DNA of 64,000 nucleotides from Gammaproteobacteria bacterium (lineage in GTDB: Bacteria; Pseudomonadota; Gammaproteobacteria; Arenicellales; Poriferihabitantaceae), in NCBI GenBank assembly GCA_024644945.1, contig JAHEGU010000007.1, positions 35,650-99,649 of the forward strand, given 5' to 3'. The notes under the pieces are model-generated. The model saw only the letters and a list, made by a program, of their open reading frames with translations. It did no database searches and was not told the DNA's origin. Numbering within the stretch: the stretch's first letter is position 1; each line of letters begins with the position of its first letter. A program made the translations under genes and the position numbers. Shown here piece by piece: positions 58,646 through 64,000 of this stretch.

Positions 58646-59467
58646 TCAAATTGTTCGCAATAATTCATTGATTCCCACCTTGCTACGAGTCTTGTCATCC
58701 ACCTTCTTTACAATCACTGCACAGTAAAGACTGTGTGTTCCATCCTTTGATGGGATTGATCCTGAGACCACTACGGATCCCGCAGGGACACTTCCGTAAC
58801 TGACTTCCCCAGTTTCCCGATCAAGTATTCGCGTGCTTTGACCAATATATACCCCCATAGAAATAACCGAACCTGCACCGACAATGACACCCTCGACGAT
58901 TTCACTGCGTGCCCCGATGAAACAGTTGTCTTCGATAATAGTAGGCGAAGCCTGCAGCGGTTCAAGCACGCCACCGATTCCCACGCCCCCGGAAAGGTGA
59001 ACATTTTTTCCGATCTGGGCACAGGAGCCAACAGTGGCCCAGGTATCCACCATTGCGCCTCTGTCGACATAACCACCAATATTCACATAGCTTGGCATCA
59101 GCACTACGTCGGGTGCGATATAGCAGCCTCGCCTTACCACTGCGGGTGGGACCACCCGATAACCGCCATTACTGAAGTCCTCATCAGTGAAGTCGGGAAA
59201 TTTAAGTGGAACCTTATCGTAGTAGCTGGAAAACCCGCCGCGGATGATCCGATTTTCTTCGATACGAAATGAAAGTAATACCGCCTTCTTCAACCACTCA
59301 TTTACTTTCCATCCATCGACGGAGGGTTCCGCCACCCGCGCTTCACCACTATCGAGTAATGATATTGCTTCGTTAATCGCTTCCCGGTACTCTGCTGTAA
59401 CGGTATGCGGTTTGATGGTGGTGCGGTCGTCCCACGCCTGTTCGATGGTTTGAGAGATTTGATTCAT
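58646..59467 (-). CDS. dapD: Tetrahydrodipicolinate N-succinyltransferase
   Basis: [32 protein letters not shown]. Confidence 0.97.
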   Translation of the reverse strand: MNQISQTIEQAWDDRTTIKPHTVTAEYREAINEAISLLDSGEARVAEPSVDGWKVNEWLKKAVLLSFRIEENRIIRGGFSSYYDKVPLKFPDFTDEDFSNGGYRVVPPAVVRRGCYIAPDVVLMPSYVNIGGYVDRGAMVDTWATVGSCAQIGKNVHLSGGVGIGGVLEPLQASPTIIEDNCFIGARSEIVEGVIVGAGSVISMGVYIGQSTRILDRETGEVSYGSVPAGSVVVSGSIPSKDGTHSLYCAVIVKKVDDKTRSKVGINELLRTI

Positions 59468-59860
59468 TATTGGCCCGATCTCGAGAGTTGACTGGAGTGA
59501 ATAGATAAGATGCCTGGGGCCCGGCTAGACTGATTAAATTGATCTGTTTTCATTATTTGCGCAGTTACCCGCTGCGGTCTGTGACTAACTCAATAATCCA
59601 TAATCCAGACTATTTCATAAGAAGTCGGGTTAAGCTGATTGTCTACCTCGACACAACGTGGATTATAAAACAACTTCCGGCCTTCCGGTTCCGGTAATGA
59701 TCATCTTGACCATAGCCAACGGGCCTGGCCCCACATGAATAGCTCGCTTTATATTTCAATAAGCGGTTAATTAATGTAGGCTCTGCACCTCTTTTCGGAT
59801 CGAGCAAGCCCTTGCTGTATCCGGATAGCGTCCACAGCTCTTAACAAAATCACCGTAACG

Positions 59861-60913
59861 ATGAGAGATCATTTTGCGATCACCGTCTCTGACTCATATG
59901 GGTCGCGCTACTATTGCATTAGAAAGTCCACCAAATTACTGTTTTATATCGTTGTTTTCTTGATTGCGTCTCTGCTTGTCGGGGCGATAACGGGAAATAT
60001 CCTGCAATATCTGGAAGGGCGGTCACTCGCTCAGCTGAATCAGCGACTTGACAGTGAGCTTTTGCTTTTTGACAGCCACAATTTTAAATTAAATCAAATT
60101 ATTAATAAAAAGTCTCAACTGATTGAAAATATTAGTAAAGAGTTGGTTGAAATTGAAAAAGACAGCGGTGTAGAAAACACTGACCAGGCGGCTTCTCTGG
60201 AAGAGAGGTTACGGTTATTAGCGGGATTTTATGGTCGCAAAGAAGTCGAATATTCTGAAATTGGCGATCGGGTGCAGCAGATTGAAGGCATTATTGGGTT
60301 GACGGAGGAAGATATGTCGGAAGCGGACCTGGTTGCTAGAGTGGAGTTTGCAGGTCTGACCGCGAGCCACAAAAAGATTCTGTATGATAGTATTCCCAAC
60401 GGTTTCCCGACTCAAGTGGACGTGATCACCAGTAAATTTGGGAGTCGCATTCATCCGATTACCAAGATAAAATCGTTCCACAAGGGTGTTGATCTGCGGG
60501 CCGAAATTGGAGATGAGGTAATTTCTACCGCTGATGGTATAGTTAGGGAGGCAGGTTACTCGGAGCTGAGTGGCAGGCGGGTGGTGATTCAACACAATTT
60601 TGGATTTGAAACCCGCTACTCGCATCTCGACCAAGTTGATGTTGCGCCGGGAGACATCGTGCACAAGGGAGATCTGATCGGTCTTTCTGGAAAGACGGGA
60701 CGTGTAGATGCACCGCATTTACATTATGAAATCCGATATCTGGGGAAATCGGTCAATCCATACCAGTTCCTACAATGGGAATTTGGTTCACATGAAATAT
60801 TCACAAACGTAAGGGGGATAAAATGGCCATCTTTGATAAGTCTGATAAACAAGCAGATTACGCATCAAACGTTACAACTATCGCTGCTGGAACCAGTGTC
60901 GTCGGCAAGATAG
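59861..60913 (+). CDS. Membrane-anchored M23 peptidase (Csd1/LmdC-like)
   Basis: Short N-terminal beta hairpin, TM, coiled coil, HKGVD, YSHL, PHLHYE. Confidence 0.9.
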   Translation: MRDHFAITVSDSYGSRYYCIRKSTKLLFYIVVFLIASLLVGAITGNILQYLEGRSLAQLNQRLDSELLLFDSHNFKLNQIINKKSQLIENISKELVEIEKDSGVENTDQAASLEERLRLLAGFYGRKEVEYSEIGDRVQQIEGIIGLTEEDMSEADLVARVEFAGLTASHKKILYDSIPNGFPTQVDVITSKFGSRIHPITKIKSFHKGVDLRAEIGDEVISTADGIVREAGYSELSGRRVVIQHNFGFETRYSHLDQVDVAPGDIVHKGDLIGLSGKTGRVDAPHLHYEIRYLGKSVNPYQFLQWEFGSHEIFTNVRGIKWPSLISLINKQITHQTLQLSLLEPVSSAR

Positions 60914-61302
60914 AGATCGAATGCAACTTGCATATCGATGGGGAGTTTGAGGGCGAGGTCAATTCAAAAAGCATCGTAAAGATTGGGCAGTCCGGCCTGC
61001 TCAAAAGCACTCTGAAAGCAGAAAAACTGATTGTGACCGGTCGATTTATCGGTACCGCCGACTGCGACACTATTGAACTGGTGTCGGGGGGGGAAGCTGA
61101 AGGCAAGCTGATTTCATCCGGGCTGACAATTGATTCCAGCAGCTCATTTCAGGGTGAGAGCATTCGTCGCAAAAAGGGCGAAGTTTCAAAGGTTCTTGAT
61201 TTTAACAGCGATAAACCGAGCCTCAATCCGAGTATCAAGCCGAGTCTTGAACCGAAGCCGACGCAAGCTCCCAAGCTGGAAGAAAAAATTAAAAAGCCCT
61301 GA
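60823..61302 (+). CDS. Bactofilin (polymer-forming cytoskeletal protein)
   Basis: TTIAAGT, LHIDGEFEG, IGQSG beta-helix repeats; AAGGGGG RBS at 60811-60817. Confidence 0.9.
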   Translation: MAIFDKSDKQADYASNVTTIAAGTSVVGKIEIECNLHIDGEFEGEVNSKSIVKIGQSGLLKSTLKAEKLIVTGRFIGTADCDTIELVSGGEAEGKLISSGLTIDSSSSFQGESIRRKKGEVSKVLDFNSDKPSLNPSIKPSLEPKPTQAPKLEEKIKKP

Positions 61303-61303
61303 G

Positions 61304-62518
61304 CTATTCGACAACCTGGTTGATTGATAGCGAAATCGCTGCGCTATTGTTTGTGGGAGTCTCATGCGGGTCGCTTGTGAGATCTCCCGGTGATGCGGTG
61401 GGCTTCCCGCTCTTTGAAATTCGTGCGGTAACTAAAACGTTTTCGGTGCTGCTCAGATTCCGGCCTTCTATCATTGCCATTGAGTCATTCAGGGTAACCT
61501 CAGCTGGCAGGTCGGCCACCGATAGCCTCGCGGCGGCGAGGGGAAACGGTGGGCCGCCTATGGCGCGTGCGAACACAAACACTTTGTCCCCAGGGCTGGT
61601 CATAGCTTGAAAATCTGGATCGAGGGATACGGTTACGCTGATCGATGACGCCGATGTCGCGATGCTATCGGCAGGCCCGGCGTCCGATGCAGCTTCGAGG
61701 TCGGCGGGCCTGCCCTCAATTTGAGAAATCACCTGATTGATCTGGTTCAGTGCCTCAGGCTGGGTCGTCAGCAACGGTTGCAGTCTCTTGAGATATCCAA
61801 GCGCTGTTTCGTTGTCGCCGATACTTCTTGAACCCATCCCCGCGATCCACAATGCGTTGATCTGCGCGGGATCCAGTTCCAGGGCACGGTTTAGTCTGGC
61901 GGCAATCTCCTCGGTGTATTGACTACCGTTCACCAGAAGACTCGCATCTGACCAGGCGGTAAGAATGTCCGGGTCGTCACCAACCAACCGATGTACCTTG
62001 GCGTAGGCTTGTTCTGCTTCAGCGAAGCGACCTAGAGACATATATGTTCTACCGGCAAGTGCCCAACCGTCCGCGTTATCCGGTTGTTGCTCCAGCGTCT
62101 GTTCAAGTCTTGTTAATAAAACGTCAAGACTGGCTGCCGGGTTTTGCTCAATCTGTTCAGAAGAAGGCAGCGCTGCCTGCTGTTTCCATTGTGTATTCCC
62201 AAGGAATTTGTATAGAGTAAATGCCGCCACTGGAATGCTGAGCAACACTACGATTGCGGTGAGGGCTCCGCTAGGCCGGTTAACCTCTATATTGTAATCG
62301 GGTGCCTTAAGGTCGTCTAACAGTGCAGCTTCAAGTTCCTGTCGGGCTTCGACTGAGTCATTATCTGTGGAAATCTGCTCGAGTCTTTGGCGGGTGATTT
62401 CCAGGTTTTGCTTTTCAAGATCAACAGTCTTGATCGCCTTGCGGTTGAATAGAGATGGGGCAAGTATCAGAAGGGAAGTCACAACGAGCGCGCTGGCGCA
62501 GAGAAAGAAGAGCCCCAT
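61304..62518 (-). CDS. ccmI: c-type cytochrome biogenesis protein CcmI/CycH
   Basis: Two TMs, TPR (PDNADGWALAGRTY), C-terminal VFVFARA..P.PLAA..LP. Confidence 0.9.
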   Translation of the reverse strand: MGLFFLCASALVVTSLLILAPSLFNRKAIKTVDLEKQNLEITRQRLEQISTDNDSVEARQELEAALLDDLKAPDYNIEVNRPSGALTAIVVLLSIPVAAFTLYKFLGNTQWKQQAALPSSEQIEQNPAASLDVLLTRLEQTLEQQPDNADGWALAGRTYMSLGRFAEAEQAYAKVHRLVGDDPDILTAWSDASLLVNGSQYTEEIAARLNRALELDPAQINALWIAGMGSRSIGDNETALGYLKRLQPLLTTQPEALNQINQVISQIEGRPADLEAASDAGPADSIATSASSISVTVSLDPDFQAMTSPGDKVFVFARAIGGPPFPLAAARLSVADLPAEVTLNDSMAMIEGRNLSSTENVLVTARISKSGKPTASPGDLTSDPHETPTNNSAAISLSINQVVE

Positions 62519-63096
62519 TAACTCTCTCCGTGATCTGGTAATTCTGAATGTCGGCCGGACGAAGTGTTTATTCCCTTTTGTGGTTTCTGCACATGAGATT
62601 GGTTCAACATTGCACGAACCCGAACGCGTTCGGACTCGCTAAATTCTTTCACATCATTTTTACCGCGATTACGCGCACGCAACACGACCCACAGCGCAAT
62701 GATCAATAAAACCACGGGCGACAGCCAAAGCACCAGATTGGATTTGTTGAACGCTGGACGATACAGAACGAATTCACCGTAACGATCGACCATGAATGCC
62801 ACCACGTCCTGTCGCGTTTTCCCCTGTTCGATTAATTCACGAGTCTTACGCCTGAGGTCAATTGCCAGTTCAGCATTTGAATCTGCCAGGTTCTGATTCT
62901 GGCACACCAGGCAACGGAGTTCCTCAATCATGTCCTGGTATAGAGCCTGTTTGGCAGGATCATCGAATTGCACTACCTCTACTTTTGCTAGTCCGGATAG
63001 AGGATGGATAAACAATGTCACCAGTAAAGTGTAAAGAAACATGCCAGACATGCTGATGGCGAATGAATTTAGGTCGAACTTGCTCAGACGCTTCAA
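62518..63096 (-). CDS. ccmH: Cytochrome c biogenesis protein CcmH
   Basis: LRCLVCQNQ, RYGEFVLY.P. Confidence 0.93.
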   Translation of the reverse strand: MKRLSKFDLNSFAISMSGMFLYTLLVTLFIHPLSGLAKVEVVQFDDPAKQALYQDMIEELRCLVCQNQNLADSNAELAIDLRRKTRELIEQGKTRQDVVAFMVDRYGEFVLYRPAFNKSNLVLWLSPVVLLIIALWVVLRARNRGKNDVKEFSESERVRVRAMLNQSHVQKPQKGINTSSGRHSELPDHGES

Positions 63097-63620
63097 TTTG
63101 TGACCTGCCTGAGCTGCTCAATAATTGGGATTAGCTTTTGATTAAGGTCTTCATGACTCACGGGCCCGATATGTTTGTATCGAATATGGCCACGTTGATC
63201 GACTACGAAGGTTTCCGGCACACCATATACACCGTATTCAATGCCGACGTCACCCGCATGATCAAAAGCGCTTACCAGGTAAGGATTGCCATGTTCGATT
63301 AACCACTGTTTGGCTTTACCTCGCTCATCCTTATAGTTCAAACCAACAATATCCACCTGCTCTGACAGTTTTGTGATCACAGGGTGCTCCTGTAAACAGG
63401 CCACGCACCATGATGCCCACACGTTCAGTAGCCATACCTTCCCCTCGAGAGTCTGGTGTGTAATCTGTTGTGTGGTATTGTGGAGCTGCTCGAGATCAAA
63501 AGCCGGCGCTGGTTTGTCGATCAATACCGAGGGTATTTCCCGGGGATCCAGACTGAGTCCGCGCCAAAGTAGCGCAGCAAGCCCGACAAATAGAACCAGC
63601 GGCACAACATATCGGCTCAT
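63093..63620 (-). CDS. ccmG: Thiol:disulfide oxidoreductase DsbE/CcmG
   Basis: NVWASWCVAC, GVYGVPETF. Confidence 0.94.
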   Translation of the reverse strand: MSRYVVPLVLFVGLAALLWRGLSLDPREIPSVLIDKPAPAFDLEQLHNTTQQITHQTLEGKVWLLNVWASWCVACLQEHPVITKLSEQVDIVGLNYKDERGKAKQWLIEHGNPYLVSAFDHAGDVGIEYGVYGVPETFVVDQRGHIRYKHIGPVSHEDLNQKLIPIIEQLRQVTN

Positions 63621-64000
63621 ACAGTCTGTCCGGCAGTCTGTCCGGTGAACTCTGTTTGTGCGACCTTTTTGCTCTGGCGATATCGTTTGTCAGTGGCTGC
63701 AAGTAAGCCGCCGAATCCCATCAGAAGTGCTCCGAGCCAGATCCATCGAATAAAGGGTTTCAGGTACAGCCTCACCGCCCATGCGCCCTGATTATTCAGA
63801 GGCTCCCCCAATGCGATGAATAGATCACGGGTGAAACCTGCGTCGATCGCTGCTTCTGTCATCGGGTCTTGTTGTACTAAATAGGTGCGTTTCTCTGGCT
63901 GTAAAACGCTATCGACCTCTCCATTGACGAGTACCGAAAAGTTGCCCATGCGGGAACTATAATTTGGCCCGGTTGTATTGCGAACGCCATTGAACTCAAA
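63617..64000 (-). CDS. ccmF: Heme lyase CcmF, C-terminal part only (cut by the window edge)
   Basis: PEKRTY..MTEAAID..DLFIALGEPL, KPFIRWIWLG. Confidence 0.92.
   Translation of the reverse strand, partial: FEFNGVRNTTGPNYSSRMGNFSVLVNGEVDSVLQPEKRTYLVQQDPMTEAAIDAGFTRDLFIALGEPLNNQGAWAVRLYLKPFIRWIWLGALLMGFGGLLAATDKRYRQSKKVAQTEFTGQTAGQTV

Noticed and set aside
61213-63645. Short 12-nt tandem repeats in the bactofilin tail and the ccmF tail
   Set aside because: Two to four in-frame copies in low-complexity tails; not an array
60823-64000. Link between the bactofilin (called CcmA in Helicobacter) and the adjacent ccm genes
   Set aside because: Name coincidence only; the genes are convergent and functionally unrelated
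1-64000. CRISPR arrays, rRNA/tRNA genes, prophage or defence systems
   Set aside because: No regularly spaced repeats, cloverleafs or hallmark genes were seen by eye; a covariance-model scan would be needed to exclude small RNAs

Overview
A gene-dense chromosomal segment from a Gammaproteobacterium; the gene order and protein motifs support this assignment, but the exact lineage cannot be called from sequence alone. It is mostly housekeeping: fumarate hydratase, truD, pyrF, htpX, mobA, ppc, lepA-lepB-DUF4845-rnc-era-recO, aceE-aceF-lpdA, rpsF-rpsR-rplI, dnaB-alr-radA, dapD and ccmF-G-H-I. I found no rRNA, tRNA, CRISPR array, intact transposase or integrase. Three less ordinary stretches stand out. 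(1) About 14-27 kb holds an orphan HExxH protein, a Popeye/cNMP-binding membrane protein, a Cds1-like PLP enzyme, a deletion scar fusing two dead genes, and a rubrerythrin/Fe-S oxidoreductase/DUF3501/oxyR cluster with an OxyR-type box. (2) About 36.3-42.5 kb, where pdxJ commonly follows recO, holds a methyltransferase, a PolX-derived HhH protein with no polymerase palm, and a Tat-type solute-binding protein tightly linked to a membrane HAMP-PAS adenylate cyclase with no transporter genes; this pair is the best candidate for an undescribed signalling system. (3) About 54.6-61.3 kb holds a PhoPQ-like module with a triple direct-repeat box and an M23 peptidase/bactofilin pair overlapping by 91 nt. 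All calls come from reading motifs by eye; no database search was run.
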